Source: Antedon mediterranea (Eukaryota; Animalia; Echinodermata). From it: DNA of 64,000 nucleotides. The position numbers and the translations under genes were made by a program. The notes beneath the pieces are model-generated. The model was not told where the DNA came from. It ran no database searches and saw only the letters and a program-made list of their open reading frames with translations. The number at the start of each line of letters is the position of its first letter. Position 1 is the first letter of the stretch. The stretch is from NCBI RefSeq assembly GCF_964355755.1, contig NC_092673.1:18225648-18289647 (forward strand). Direction: 5' to 3'. Shown here piece by piece: positions 1 through 15,700 of this stretch.

Positions 1-718
1 TCTTCTTGCCCATATATTTCATCCTTCCACTAAGTTTTATGGAAATCGTTCATTTTCTTCGGCATCCGTTTCTCTATGGAATGCGTTGCCTATTGAAATC
101 AGTCAGGCTACTTCCACCAGTGTCTTCAAATCTCTCCTCAAAACCCACCTTTTTAATTTGTAATTTTTCTACATTTTCTGTCTTTGTAAAGCGCATTGAG
201 GCTTTCAGCATAATGCCCTATATCAAGTACCAGTTATTATTATTATTATTAATTCTTTACTTCTTAGAACATCTAGCAAAGAAATCAAACGTCTTCAAGT
301 TTTGCAAAATTGTGCAGCCAAGCTTTTTTTTAGTTTTTAACTAGTTTGATCATGTGTCTCATTTTTTTAAAGAACTCACTGGCTTAAAATTGAACAGTGT
401 ATAATCTACAAAATATCCACACTAGTTTACTAATCAGTTTCTGGGTCTGCGCCAATTTATCTGCAGGATTTAATCTCATTTCATGTCACAACAGGAAAAG
501 TTGTTCGCTGTGATAAAACACACCTTAACCGTCAGTGTAAGCAATTCAAGTCACTTCTAAAATCTCACCTTTTTCAATAATTCTTGTTGGTATTTTAGCG
601 CTGTGAGACATCAGTAAATAGTGCTTTATAAAAATTGATTATTATTCTTAATAATAAATATCACTTAATATTGTTGATCTATAAATAATATATGTTTCAT
701 TTTTCTTGCTTTGTAAAG

Positions 719-775
719 GTGTTGAACTATCCAAGCAAATTCGTGCACATGCGTTAGAAAAGAAATTAGATGAAG
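719..775 (+). CDS. Exon within Roc1, upstream of G3 (GVELSKQIRAHALEKKLDE)
   Basis: ttgtaaag acceptor, gtagg donor, phase 1-1, in frame with next exon. Confidence 0.6.
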
Positions 776-3700
776 GTAGGCACATTATTATGATTGTAGT
801 ACACTGAAAGTATCTATTTTTATTTCATCGTTTTTATTTATTATTTTATGTAGTAAATTGTATTAGTTTAAATGTATGTGTATTGTTTCTGGGGTCTTTC
901 TTGAGACAAGAAACTTGATTTCTTCTAGAGAAGACCCCAAATGATGGCTTATTACTAATGTTTTCATTTATGTACACATCTATATATTATACTGTATAAT
1001 GCCATTGTTGAACAAATAAATGTTTTTTGAACTTGAACATACTAAAACATCAAAATGTTATTTTTTATATCTGCAGATTTACAGTAGGTATATCAAGCAA
1101 TATTACAATAGTGATTTTTTTTTATTGTGTTTAAAAGGCAATGATAAAACCTGGGATAAAGTTGTGAATATTGCAAGGAAAAGTTTAACAATGGCAACAG
1201 GAAAGGTAGATGTGAGTGACAAAACTAGTATATGGGACTACGCTGGTCAACTAGACTACTATATAACACATAGGGTATGTTTGTCTTAATTATGCTCGAG
1301 TTTTTTCTTGATAGTAAAATCATATTTAAAACAACATGTGATTCGTTTACTTTTTATCTGGATTTAGATACAAGTAATTGTATCGGTACCATCATAATAA
1401 AAATTACAATAGAAGCTGTTGGGCAATAATAACCAACATAATACTGACAATAGAAGATGTAGGGCAATAATAACCAACATAATACTGACAATAGAAGATG
1501 TTGGGCAATAATAACCAACATAATACAGACAATAGAAGATGTTGGGCAATAATAACCAACATAATACAGACAATAGAAGATGTTGGGCAATAATAACCAA
1601 CATAATACTGACAATAGAAGATGTTGGGCAATAATAACCAACATAATACTGACAATAGAAGATGTTGGGCAATAATAACCAACATAATAATGACAATAGA
1701 AGATGTTGGGCAATAATAACCAACATAATAATGACAATAGAAGATGTTGGGCAATAATAACCAACATAATAATGACAATAGAAGATGTTGGGCAATAATA
1801 ACCAACATAATACTGACAATAGAAGATGTTGGGCAATAGTAGCCAACATAATACTGACAATAGAAGATGTTGGGCAATAGTAGCCAACATAATACTGACA
1901 ATAGAAGATGTTGGGCAATAGTAGCCAACATAATACTGACAATAGAAGATGTTGGGCAATAATAACCAACATAATACTGACAATAGAAGATGTTGGGCAA
2001 TAATAACCAACATAATACTGACAATAGAAGATGTTGGGCAATAATAACCAACATAATACTGACAATAGAAGATGTTGGGCAATAATAACCAACATAATAC
2101 TGACAATAGAAGATGTTGGGCAATAATAACCAACATAATACTGATAATAGAAGATGTAGGGCAATAATAACCAACATAATACAGACAATAGAAGATGTTG
2201 GGCAATAATAACCAACATAATAATGACAATAGAAGATGTAGGGCAATAATAACCAACATAATACTGACAATAGAAGATGTTGGGCAATAATAACCAACAT
2301 AATACTGACAATAGAAGATGTTGGGCAATAATAACCAACATAATACTGACAATAGAAGATGTAAGGCAATAATAACCAACATAATACAGACAATAGAAGA
2401 TGTAGGGCAATAATAACCAACATAATACTGACAATAGAAGATGTTGGGCAATAATAACCAACATAATACAGACAATAGAAGATGTTGGGCAATAATAACC
2501 AACATAATACTGACAATAGAAGATGTTGGGCAATAATAACCAACATAATAATGACAATAGAAGATGTTGGGCAATAATAACCAACATAATACTGACAATA
2601 GAAGATGTTGGGCAATAATAACCAACATAATACAGACAATAGAAGATGTTGGGCAATAATAACCAACATAATAATGACAATAGAAGATGTTGGGCAATAA
2701 TAACCAACATAATACTGACAATAGAAGATGTTGGGCAATAATAACCAACATAATACTGACAATAGAAGATGTTGGGCAATAATAACCAACATAATACTGA
2801 CAATAGAAGATGTTGGGCAATAATAACCAACATAATACTGACAATAGAAGATGTTGGGCAATAATAACCAACATAATACTGACAATAGAAGATGTTGGGC
2901 AATAATAACCAACATAATACTGATAATAGAAGATGTAGGGCAATAATAACCAACATAATACAGACAATAGAAGATGTTGGGCAATAATAACCAACATAAT
3001 ACTGACAATAGAAGATGTTGGGCAATAATAACCAACATAATACTGACAATAAATGAAACATGTATATTCTCTGTTTTGTTTGTGCCATAGCAAGTTTTTT
3101 ACAGTTTTGTATTTTAGTTATTTTCTATATCCAACAGTATTAATTAATATTAACTTTTTTGGTAGCCAACATTTGAAAAACCTATATTTCTTTATTATTT
3201 ATAATTATAAATGTTGTCTTTATTTAGGGCATAATATGTAAATCCTCTATGCACTTCACATTAAAAGTAACAAGTTTTCAATTTAAAAAAAACAAAAGAA
3301 ATTAAAAATAGGAACACTGAATGGCTACAATTCAGATCTGGTGATATTTAATTTAAAACATTTCATTTTTGTATTCATTTTGTTTCATTTTAAGTTATTG
3401 TTTGGACGCACCTTTATCAATGCAGTGTGCCACTGTTGTAAAAGTAAAGTTTCCAATAATTATAATATTCTATCTATTAACCTTTACATTGTATTTATAT
3501 CTTTCAGTTCTTCCTGACAAACAAAGTATCATACTGTGTTACGTTTAATGTGATGGATAACTTGGACGAACTAGCTAATCCACGATATTCATCAATTGTA
3601 AGTTCACCAAGTATTTCAGATTATTTTGTAAAATTTATTAACAGAGAATTGTTTATTTTCTAATTACAATTACATTTTGATTTTAGGATTCCCTAGGAAT

Positions 3701-6700
3701 GACTAATTTGGACATGAATTTGTTCTGGATAAGGTCTATTTATGAACATACTGTGCTACAACATGGTTCAGGAAACCTCATTTTAATTGATGGCAAGATA
3801 ATAGAGTCACCTCCTATCTGTTTGGTTGCTACCCATATGGATAAATTACCAGGGACAAAATTAGAAAAACAGATGAAGGTAATAGCTATAGTATACATTT
3901 ATAACTTAAATATTATTTGACTCTACACATGCACATTGCTTATTTATGAATGGTACATCAGAATGGATAAGCATGACATGAAATAAAAGAAGAAACCTTT
4001 TTTTGTATTGTTAATATATATATACAATTTTACTAATTAAAGGCTGAGAAAATGTTCATGCAGATGTTTGATGCAATGAAAGGAATGCCGTATGCCAAGC
4101 ATGTAGATCGTGAAATGTACATGGTGGATAACACTGTAAAGTCACATGAAGGTATTGAAAAACTTAAGCGAAACGTTGGTAGATACATGAAAGCAATGGT
4201 ACAGGAAGTTCCTGTAAAGTGGGTTAATTTGCAGGAAAAGTTGCAAATAATTGGAAAAACAAGATTGTACATTACCTTGACAGAGGTAAGAGTTTGAATT
4301 ACTTTTGTTTTCAACGTCTAGTTATAGAATTCTATTATTCAATATGTTGTGTGTGTACTCAGAATATTTACTTCAGAGGTGAATAATTGTAATCAAACAT
4401 TAATCAGTAATAGTAATTATTTAGTCAGTAATGCGGCAGTGAACAATCTGTATAGCACCTTGCAATAGTACTGTCCTGTTTAGTTATTTGTTTGTCAAAT
4501 GAATTTAGTGTAATAATTATATTAAAATGTCAATTCTGCATTAGGTTTCTGAGATTGCAACTCAATGTGGAATTCCTCAAGATGTTCTCGCCACTGCCAT
4601 AAGTTATCTGAATGTCACTGGAATTATCATGTATACTGGAACTAACGAGAAATTAAGAAACATTGTGATAACAAATCTTCACTGGATGATTGAAGTTTTG
4701 ACAAAAGTCATCACAGTATTTACACCAATGTTTGAAATGGTTAGTAAATGCATATTATATATAACTAGACTTGTATATCAGTAGGTCTATTACATTTAGA
4801 ATCTTTTTTTTTTGTACACAGAAGAAAGCAGATGATCGGAAGCAATTACAGAAGCTATGGAAAATGCTTAGCAATGAAGGAGTTCTTGAAGAGACGTTAC
4901 TCCGTTATTTGTGGCGAAACGAAGATGAAGATCTTTTTGAAATCTTTGTAGAATTGATGAAAGTTTTTCGTTTGCTCTTTGAGAAGACAAAGGTTGGCAA
5001 ATACACTTTTATTCATTTCTTTGATTAAGCTCTTACTAATCACTGGTACCAATTTATGTGTAATTGTGATGTTTATATTAACAGGGAATTAAAGAAGGTA
5101 ACCGGATATTTTTAGTTCCCTGTCGAATCAAAGTTGACAAAAAAGACATTCTGAAAGTATCAGCAGATGACAAACAAACAGTATCAATTTATCTGACCCC
5201 GACGGACTTTCTTCCTGATGCTGTGTACCACACATTGGTTGTTGCATTTCTTGAATTGATGACAGAAAAGGGTAGTGATGATTCAGAAGTGTTCCGGAAT
5301 CGTAGTGACTTTAGATTTAGTGGTCACACTATCAGTTTAGGTTCTGTCAAAATTAACCATGAAAGGGAAAAACCACATGCTTTAAAGGTATGAAATTAAT
5401 TACTATTTTTTCTATTAATTATATTCTAATTTCAATATTTAATAAAAATGTGTATATAAAGAGAAAACATAAAATCAATTAACGTTGAATATCGTATATA
5501 TATGCATTCTTCTGTATTACACACTTTTTTCTTTAATAGTACAACAAACCTTGCTTTACTAATTTTGTAACGATGTATTGTTCCCTCAAAAACATGACAA
5601 ATTAATTAAAAATTTGACGTTAAATAGCCCATATTGCAGTTTTATTAAAGTTATTCACTTCCGTAAAAAAAACAACAAACAACAGTAATGGTTTCACTTA
5701 TTCAAAACAAATTAAACAGTTAACAAAATTGTTTTTATCCAAATTTGGGTCAACGTGAATAACTATTATGTGACATTAAATAATAACATTTTAAGAAAAT
5801 AACTATTTTTGAAATTATTTTTTCAGGGGGACAATGCAGTACTGTATATCTTTAATGCAACACATTTCTTTTATATTTATGTTCCATTTCAATGTTTATT
5901 TGTTATTATGTATTTATCCATCTGTATTAATTATATGCATTGTCATAAGATACTGTGTGAATATTTTCCTTAACAGCTTGAAATATCACGCTGTAATCAA
6001 ATTCGTCGACGTATCAACGTAGCTGATGAAAGGTTGATATCTGAACCAGAACCAAGTGTCTGCATAGAGGTAATTAATATGAGATTATCACTTTTAAACA
6101 AATTTATCATGTTATATAAATCTATAAATAACATGTCATTCCCATGTTTTAGGTACTAAGCTATTTGAAAGAGCAACTAAAAACTGTCTGCAATATATAC
6201 AAGGGTATTGGCTACAATCTGCGTGTGTTATGCACTGCTTGTAAACCAGATGAACATCACTTAATTGATCTTGACAAGTGTTTGAAAAAGGATTCTGTTT
6301 CATGTGGAAGAAGAAAGGCTATGAAAACTGCTCATATAAAGCGCTTCTTTTCAACGAGTAAGTTGGTTTGGTTATTCTTTAATGTTGTCATCATCATACT
6401 TCATCCTAATGAATTCTCAATTTTTGTCAACAAAGATATCTTCATCTTACAAAATTTGCAATCATCTTAATTTGTACTATGAAACCTTTACTGGTCTATG
6501 TTAGACACCAGTGTATTGATATACTGTAGGCTTATGAAATATTTTTGTCAACTACTAGTTTGTCATCTTTACCATTCCATATTATTCGCATTATTGCCTC
6601 ATAATTTAGAGTTAAATTTGTTGTATCCTAATATTTGAGTAACATTTTATGTAAGTTTTTTATTTTTTATTATTACAAAATATGTTTTTGTATTACTGTA

Positions 6701-9700
6701 CTCTATACTGTATATAAGAATGAAAATTAGATTGATTAGTTAATTTGTTAGATGTATTTTATTCTACATAATTTACTACGATAGGCCTATTATTACTTTT
6801 GTAATTATTTATTTAGCTTTAATATTTTGTCTATATTCAGAATCATTTGAAGATTCTCGGACAAAACCAACATCTTGGGAAATGTCAGACTTACCAACCA
6901 AGTTCAATGAGTTGAAATATGATCTTGGAAAACACTATGATGGGGAAAGATACCTTTGGCTAAAATGTTGCTTATTTGATGTTATTCCTAGAGCATACCT
7001 CACACGTACTGATTTCAAAGCAACTGATCTGTTCAATGTCCTCCATGACAACGGTAAAATGAAACCAGATAATGTCACCATCCTTGTTGAGGTTGCCGAA
7101 GTATCAGGTTTACAGCTTGCTGTAGATCTTGTAAAGCAGTATATGGAAGATAACAACATCAAAGGTACTAGTGAAAAGTTATCCTCTTACCGGAAACGGT
7201 TATTTAGGGCATTGATTGAAGTTGGACCAGACGAGTTAAAAGATGTCATTGCTTATTATGGACTACAAAGGTTTGCTTTTCAAAACATGTGGGACGTAGT
7301 GTTTTACTTGGAAAGTGAATTACAGCTTGAGGATGAACCATTAAAATTAAATATATTTGCAGCATGTATTGGAATACGAGCAAGAAATATTTTATGTAAG
7401 TATTTAATTTTCTATTATAATATTTTATTTCTGTTCCATTAGGAAGAAAGAAAGATATGGATAGGTATCGTTAGACTGTTATGTTTTATCGTCGTCATTA
7501 CTTCATCATAATTATATCTAAGTCGTCATCACTATTCATCATTATCAATAAAAATAAAAACTATACTAATGCTAATATTATTGTTTTATTACATTATATA
7601 GGCCCTACTAAAGAACCAGTACCAAAGCCAGAGTTATTGCCAGCACCAGATCTTGAGTCAGTCTCAAAGTTTGAGTCAGAGCTAAAGCCAGTGCCAGTAC
7701 CAAAGCCAGAGTCATTGCCAGCATTAGATCTAGAGTCAATATTTGGAGGTAATGATATTTCTATTAAGTAAAATATCTATATATTATATAGATTGTTACT
7801 TATTCGTCTGTTGTATATACCAATTTATACTATATACTGTTAATATCTTAAGTATTGTTTTTGTACAGAATCATCTCAGAAAAAAATTCTGACAATGTTG
7901 GTACAAGTATCGAATTGGTATGACGAGCATGATTCACTTGATATGCTGAAGGTGTTGTGCAAAGATCTGATAACACCTTACTATGCTCTAAAGAAGGTTG
8001 ACACCACCATGGAGTTGTTTAATTTATTGAAACAGACTGGCCATCTTACCACTACCAACTTTAAAGTTCTTATCGATATCATCAGTGTCACCGGTACCAA
8101 AGGTGTTCTTGAGGCTAACAAATATCTGAAGAACAAGTTTGATGAATCTGACCATCTTGTTACATCTTTTACAACGTATCGACAGACGCTGATAGATTTC
8201 GGCAAAACGCTTTCCCAAGACAATTTTACAAAGCTCATCCATATAAACCATGTTTCTAGGAGACAATGTGACAACCTGTGGACTGTGATACTAGATCTTG
8301 AAGAAAGGGGCATCCTAAGGGAAGATAGGTTGCTGTCATTTATCGAACATTTAAAGGAAAATAAGATGGATGTTGCTGCTGAAAAGTTAGAAGGTTAATT
8401 TAATTCTCAGTACTGTATTATGTACTAAATAACTGATATAAGTTTGGTGGTTAAGTAGATATAGATCTTGAAATGGTTTAATTTATACTTTTTAAAATTA
8501 AACTCTATAATTATAATTAAAATATGGAGAAAACAGCTTTTTTTCCAGCAATATTTTTTTTAAACTTAAACTATGAAACACTTTTGCAGTATTCTCATGG
8601 ACCTGTCCATGGTATACTTACCAATTGTTTTGGTCTAAAAAATTCACTCTTCATGTCGAATGGGGTTCAATAAAAATGTTGTTGTTGTTGTTATCATGTG
8701 ACCCACAATCAAATGACAAGGATCAACTCAGGTATTTTATAATAGAACATTTTTTTTTTTTAAATTATGCAAATATTTCTGATAGATAGTGGGAAACTTA
8801 AAGACAGTTATGAGGCGATCAAAATTTGATCTGCAAATTAGCTTAAATACAGTATGCAAATTAGCTTAAATACAGTATGCAAATTACGGTGAATCTACAA
8901 GGTTACCATATCTCTAAATAGTAAACTAATAGTCAGAGAGAGTTGATTTTTTCACTGATTTATTCAGAATGTATATATTTATATTTACTCTAATGAAACA
9001 TTTTACGAAAAAATGACCGAAAGTACAACATTTGATCCTCCACCCAATTTCTCAATGCTTGCATACACAATATGACTAAAATGTCCCTAGAGACTTTGTT
9101 TTGCCCTCAAATATGTATTCTAAATATAAAGTCTTAATAATGTCTTCTGGTACAGGTATGTCTTTTGGTACTGGTACAGCTGGGTCTTGTGGTGCTGGTA
9201 CTAGTGTGTCTTCTGATGGAAAAAGAGCAAGAAATATTTTATGTAAGTATTTAATTTTCTATTATTATAATAAATGTTTTTGTATTACTGTACAGGAATA
9301 AAGATTAGATTGATCACCAAACTATGCTATGAAAACAGTTTTTCTTTCTATACAACTACTTGTGTATTTGATGCACAAATTTTACTTCTAAATTGTAGGT
9401 GCGTCTTATACACAGGTCACTTCCTCACGCACACCAAAAAGCCACACAAAGTTAACACTACAGCAGTAGCCTACAACAACTCTTACTGTAGGCCTAGCTA
9501 GTTAGTCTTTTTTTTTTATTGCAAACATTTCTTGCCTAGAGGGTCGATCACCACATAGTATTAAAGAATTTTTAAATTTAACAGTAAATTTTCATCCTAC
9601 GTATTAATTAATATTTACAGTGTTTGCATGAGGTATCCTACCCAGGCCTTCACCTACTCTCTACTCCTCAGAACTCGTGCATGCGTAACTAGATCAGATA

Positions 9701-12700
9701 TAATAAAAACACAATTATGGGAGAGTCCTTTAATTATGGTATTTATAAAATTTTAATTACACAATAAATAAATATGTCCCTTTATCACTGTGGTTTGTTT
9801 GATTACATCGCTACGTCAACAATATGGCATATTTCTGTAATCATGTAGGAAATAGTTCGTACATCAAGCGTCATCTAAAGAACTTGTTTTTAAAGAAGCT
9901 TCCTCTAGTTTATAATGTATATGGCCAACAGTGCTGGCACATGGTTAGTGTCCTACCGAATCGGTATGCATGCCTTTGAATGGGCAATAATATATATATA
10001 GTAAGCTAGCATATTTGTCTATGTATTTCTATTTTTATTGTTATAATTACAGTTTTATTGTATCGTCCTAGTTGACAGGGGCTGGTCAAGCACATCACAA
10101 GATGACAATTTTTTTACTTTTGCCTTTCCACTACACCCCTGTTATACTTATTTTTTTGTTATGTAGAAAGATTGAAAATAAAAATAAATAAATAAGATTT
10201 TCGTAATAGACATGTTTCAAATTAATAATGATATTGCTGGTTTATTATCAGCCCTCATCATTTAGATTGATTTAATAAAATGGTCATACCTACAAACAAG
10301 GTATATATTTAAATAATATGCTTAATTATGATTGTTAATAAATGTAGGCTAATAAAAGTAATTTAAGAAATGTGGGGATTTCTCTTTTCGTGGAAAGTTC
10401 ATTGAAGTAGAAGATGCCTGATACGATGTGATAAAGGCAATCAAACGAAATTACATCATCTTGATTCTAATAAATAGATCTGAAAAATTATTGTTTTATT
10501 AATAAAATGTCATTTGTTGTATTCGATTGAGACTTTTACCGTTGAGTACAGTTTTTCCGTTAAGTACTTATTTAACGGAGTATTTTGAGCGTTGAGATTG
10601 TTCTTAACGAAAAACCTTGCGTTGTCAACGTTTTCTATTCGAATGAATTTCTGTTGAGCACAAATTTACAATTCGAATACAAAAAGTACTCAACGAATGT
10701 TTATGTTAACAACGAAAGTTCCCATTCGAATACGACAATTGATATCATTGCTTTGATTGTAAAATCTTTTAATTTCGACCAAGAAATAAGTGTGTCATAA
10801 AAAATACTGATATTTCAGTCTCTTTTTGTATTTCATTATATGCTGTACCATTTTTGCTCTGTAGGCATGAGCTCATGGCCCAAACTGAAACACATATATT
10901 GGAAAGAATAAACTAAATTTAAAACAGATTAACAAGTAACACAAATGTTATTTTTTAACTGCAAAATTAAAAAATCTTTTGGTTTAAATGTTATTACTAA
11001 TTATACTTGGTGAAGTAATTAATTTGACATCCAAGTCATTGCATTAAGATTCAAGAACATAATTCTTTATAGAGATAATAAATTATTTAATTCACAAAAA
11101 CTGTAGAAAGAATAGAGCTAGATTTTTAGCTTTACATTCAAGTAGTGTAGATGAAGCTTGGTGGTTAACATGCTTGCCTTCCAATCCCAAGGTACGGGAT
11201 TCAATCCTGACTCTTCCAATTCCACTCCCTGAGCCTCAAGTTTATCCATCCCGTAATTGGCGAGTTGCTTGCCGTTAGATGCGTATGAAATAAAAAAGAA
11301 AAAAAATTGGTGATTTTGCTTTATTGTTAATATTTTACTTTGTTCACTCTCACAAATGTGTTTCTTTAAATATTAATTTGTTATCAGTCGAAAAGGATAT
11401 TCCATCTGCTATTGTTGTTCATGGTACAGACGTTAAGGAAGCTTACACTAAGGCCTTGAAAGAGGGATATGTTAAAGTCAACCTTGGAATGCTTAAAGTG
11501 ATTGGACAGGAAGGAGTAGGTAAAACATGCCTCATAAATGCCTGTCTTGGAAAGAAGTAAGTACTAGTTAAGGACAGTGAAATGAACTATGAAATATGCG
11601 TGTTAACTATTAAAAAATTATGATTCATAATGTTTACAGCACTTAAAATTGACCCAAGTTCAGTGTTGGTTTCAAATGATTTTCACTTCAGATTTAGCCC
11701 AAGCATAATGTTTACAGCACTAAGTGACTCAAGTTCATTATTGGTTTCAAATGATTTTCACTTCAGATTTAGCCCAAGCATAATCTTTACATCATTTAAA
11801 AGTAACCCAAGTTCACTATTGGTTTCAAAATAATGTTCACCTCAGATTTAGCCCACAGCACTTAAAAGTGACCAAAGTTCACTATTGGTTTCAAATGATT
11901 TTCACTTCAGATTTAACCCAAGCATAATGTTTACAGCACTTAAAAGCAACCAAAGTTCACTATTGGTTTCAAATGATTTTCACTTCAGATTTAACCCAAG
12001 CATAATGTTTACAGCACTTAAAAGTTCCACATATTGATTTCAAATTATTATACTTCAGATTTGAGAAGGAGCATAAAGTTACAGATGGCATAGCAGTGAT
12101 AAGAACTGTAACCACAACATGGACAGAAGATTATGACGATAGTGGTAAACATAAATTAATTTAGCTTTAGTATTTTTGTTATCCTTCTTGCAGTGAATTA
12201 TGATATTATAAACTATCAACAGATAAATTGGAGATCAATACCTCTACTGACATACAGTAGTATATTGTTGGATACTGTATGTTGATATGAACAGTCAAGT
12301 AACTTGACTGATTTCTGCATGATTTTTTTTCCATAATAAATATTAACATTAGGAACTCCCAGATCGGTAAAATTATTCCATTGACTACCTAAATTTAAGT
12401 TTCAATATTAACCACCAATTGATGTTTAGTTCCATTCCAAAATTGTTTATATCTACTAAGCTATCTTCTTTGTTTTCTACTCTTACTCCACCCTCTATTA
12501 ACCAACCTGAGCCACCTTTGTTTTTATTTCTTTTATTCCAGTATATATATTTCATGCAATTTAATCATCAAATATCAAGTTTTTCACTTAAATCAAACCT
12601 AGGGCATACAGAAATGGAAAACTTTTTTTTTTTTTTTTTCAGGTAATCCCTCAAAACAGTATACAAAAGTTGTCGCTGACAAACTGAGAGCAAAGAAAAC

Positions 12701-15700
12701 TGAAAACGTATGTCAACAACATTTTATTAAAAACATTAAAATAATACAAAGGGAATTTCTACCACTATTACTAGCCAAAACTGAAGGCTTTGTTTTGTTA
12801 ATGATCAATGGGACTTTAAGTGGATAGTTTTCAATTCTTTTACAATCAAATCAAAACTAATGTGTTTTGGAAAGTAAATGTATTTTCTATTATATTAAGG
12901 TAAATTAGAAGAACATTAATATCTTCTGTGACTATTTATAAGGTTTGTGTTCATTATATGTGTTAGGTTGTTCAGAAACCCCATACAAATGATGTTGTGG
13001 TCTACGATGATGATGTTAATCACAACAATAATGATATTAATAGTGATGACAACTACAACAATGATATCCAAAACAGTGATATCAATTACAACAATGGTGA
13101 TAATGAAGACAACCACAACAATGATGACAACCACAACAATGACGACAACCACAACAATGATGACAACCACAACCACAACAATGACGACAACCACAACAAT
13201 GATGACAACCACAACCACAACAATGATGACAACCACAACAATGTTGACAACCACAACAATGTTGACAACCACAACAATGATGATGACAACAACCACAATA
13301 ATGATGATGACAACAACCACAACAATGATGACAACCACAACAATGATGACAACCACAACCACAACAATGACGACAACCACAACAATGACAACAACCACAA
13401 TAATGATGATGACAACAACCACAACAATGATGACAACCACAACAATGATGATGACAACAACCACAACAATGATGACAACCACAACAATGATGACAACCAC
13501 AACAATGATGATGACAACAACCACAACAATGATGATGACAACAACCACAACAATGATGATGACAACCACAACAATGATGACAACCACAACAATGATGATG
13601 ACAACCACAACAATGATGACAACCACAATGATGAAAATGATGACAACCACAACAATGATAATAATCATGAAAAACAGAGCAGTGGTAATGATTATTTTTT
13701 TGTAACTTTTTTAAACAATAGTTGTAAAAATGATGTAATATCGATGATAAACCTCTTTAATGACTGTAATATAACATGTGCAATCCTGGGAGTTAATTGG
13801 AAGGTAATACTGTATCAGCTGTATTAGAAATGTTATTGTTCTTTACAAGAAGTAATAATTATTAGTTACAAATTAATTTGTATTTCTAGTAGAAGTATTT
13901 TATAACCTGACTAAAGGACTAAAGAATTTAATTGTATTTATATGATTAAATTCAAGTAAAATAATCACAACTGCTATACAATTTATAAAGAATGAGTACA
14001 ACAGAGATAATGATAATTGTACGCACGCGCTCCAGAGATCAAATTGATACGCCCTTAACTTCAAATATATGGATTATATATATGGATTTACAAAGCGGGA
14101 TCTCAGGAGACATACTTTTACACATATAAACATCACAGGCACATAATAAATTCTAAACAGCCCTGTGATATACTGAAATTTAATTAATTAATTTGAAACA
14201 ATAAAGATGAGGAAATCTATGCATGATAAGGAGTGCATGTGGAGTATTTACAACAAAAATCTGTTTTAGCTACAGGTACTGGCATTCCTGTTGATACAGA
14301 TCAGCAGTTAGATAAAGATGTAATTCAGGATATTGAGGAAAATAAGGAGGAAACCTTGAAAGACACGTTTAACATCTGGGATCATGGCGGACAATTGATA
14401 TATCATGGTCTACATCGTGTAAGTTATGATATATGTATTTTTCTGTTTATTATACTTGGTATTCATAAACATAATAGTAACATTATTATTGATATGCAGC
14501 CATTGCTCAAATATCTGCACAAAGGCTCTGTAAGAAGTATTCAATTAGTTCAATACAAAAACTACAGTATGTTGGCAGTTTGACTGAGAAATGTAGTAAC
14601 CTATGGAAATACAAATATACAGTTCATTTTAGTGAAAAAATCTTGCTAGTATTTACTTACTTGTCTTCTCATCTGCCACTTGGAAGGTACATGACAGTTG
14701 TCTTCCTCCACACTTCTATTTAGTGCTGCTTCTTCTAGTTCAGATTATGTATTTATATTTTTTACTCTATCTAGAATATCTATCCTTTTCCTTTCTCTTC
14801 TTTTACCACCATATCTTTTCTCTCACAATTTTTAGTAGTCCTTTAATTCTATGTCATATTTCTTTGCTATCCTTTTTATTTGCCTTTCCTCTATCTCAAT
14901 CAATATGTCATCATTCTCTTCTGTGCTGAGTATGTTGTGTTTTTAACATTTTTCTCAAGCACCACATCTCAAAAGCATTAATCGTGCATACTTCTTTATC
15001 TGTCGTCCTGTTTCACATCAATATATACTGCAGGTGACACACATGACTTTAGTTTTCCTATATTTGATCTTTATTTAATAATTGTTTTATGCATCATTTA
15101 TTCTATCCATTAGTATTATTATTCTTTGACAATTCACTTTTAAAAGCTAGCCAAAAATTGCTGTTTACAGTAATCTTTTTATGAAAAATGATTTTGTTTT
15201 TAATCTGTACTAATTATAGTTTTTTAGGTGACTTATTGTATAGCTTTAGGAAAATTTATGCAAAAATATTGTTTATGAATTTGTACCAGAGAAGAAGTGT
15301 TGCCTAGAAAGAGTAAAAAATTGTATTTATCAGTTTAATCAGTAAAATACTTGCTTTTTGCAGATGTTCATGACATTACAAGCACTTTATATTGTAGTGT
15401 TCGATCTCAGTGTAGACCTTGAGAAGCGTGCTATTGTCATTGATCCTAATGGAGTAAGTATTTCTAGGCCATGTAAAGTAATATATAGTATTGTAGTTAT
15501 TGTGGTGGAAAAGTCTTCTTGAAAAAAGACATATTCTATACATTGCAAAGACTTCTGTTCAAATATTTTGTTACCAAGCTAATCATGGATAAAATCATTA
15601 AATTGTGTGATTTTATTTTTTCAGGTTAAACGTGAACATCATTGGTCCAACCTCCAGTTCATATTATCTTACATCCTGTCAGTTTATTCTCATAGTCGTA

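Noticed and set aside
1354-3093. Three 544-579-aa minus-strand ORFs
   Set aside because: Translations of a 41-bp minisatellite that lacks stops in all three minus frames; it lies in an intron of the + strand gene
10053-10195. Possible terminal exon (FLLYRPS*) and aataaa signals that would end a first gene
   Set aside because: Weak evidence in very AT-rich DNA and no first exon found for a second gene; kept only as the alternative to the fused model
11148-11215. tRNA-like sequence
   Set aside because: No complete cloverleaf; followed by a body and A-rich tail, so treated as a SINE
12916-13705. Poly-Thr/Met, poly-Val/Ile and Leu/Trp/Ser ORFs
   Set aside because: Alternative frames of the same repeat; only the Asn/Asp/His frame fits the flanking splice phases
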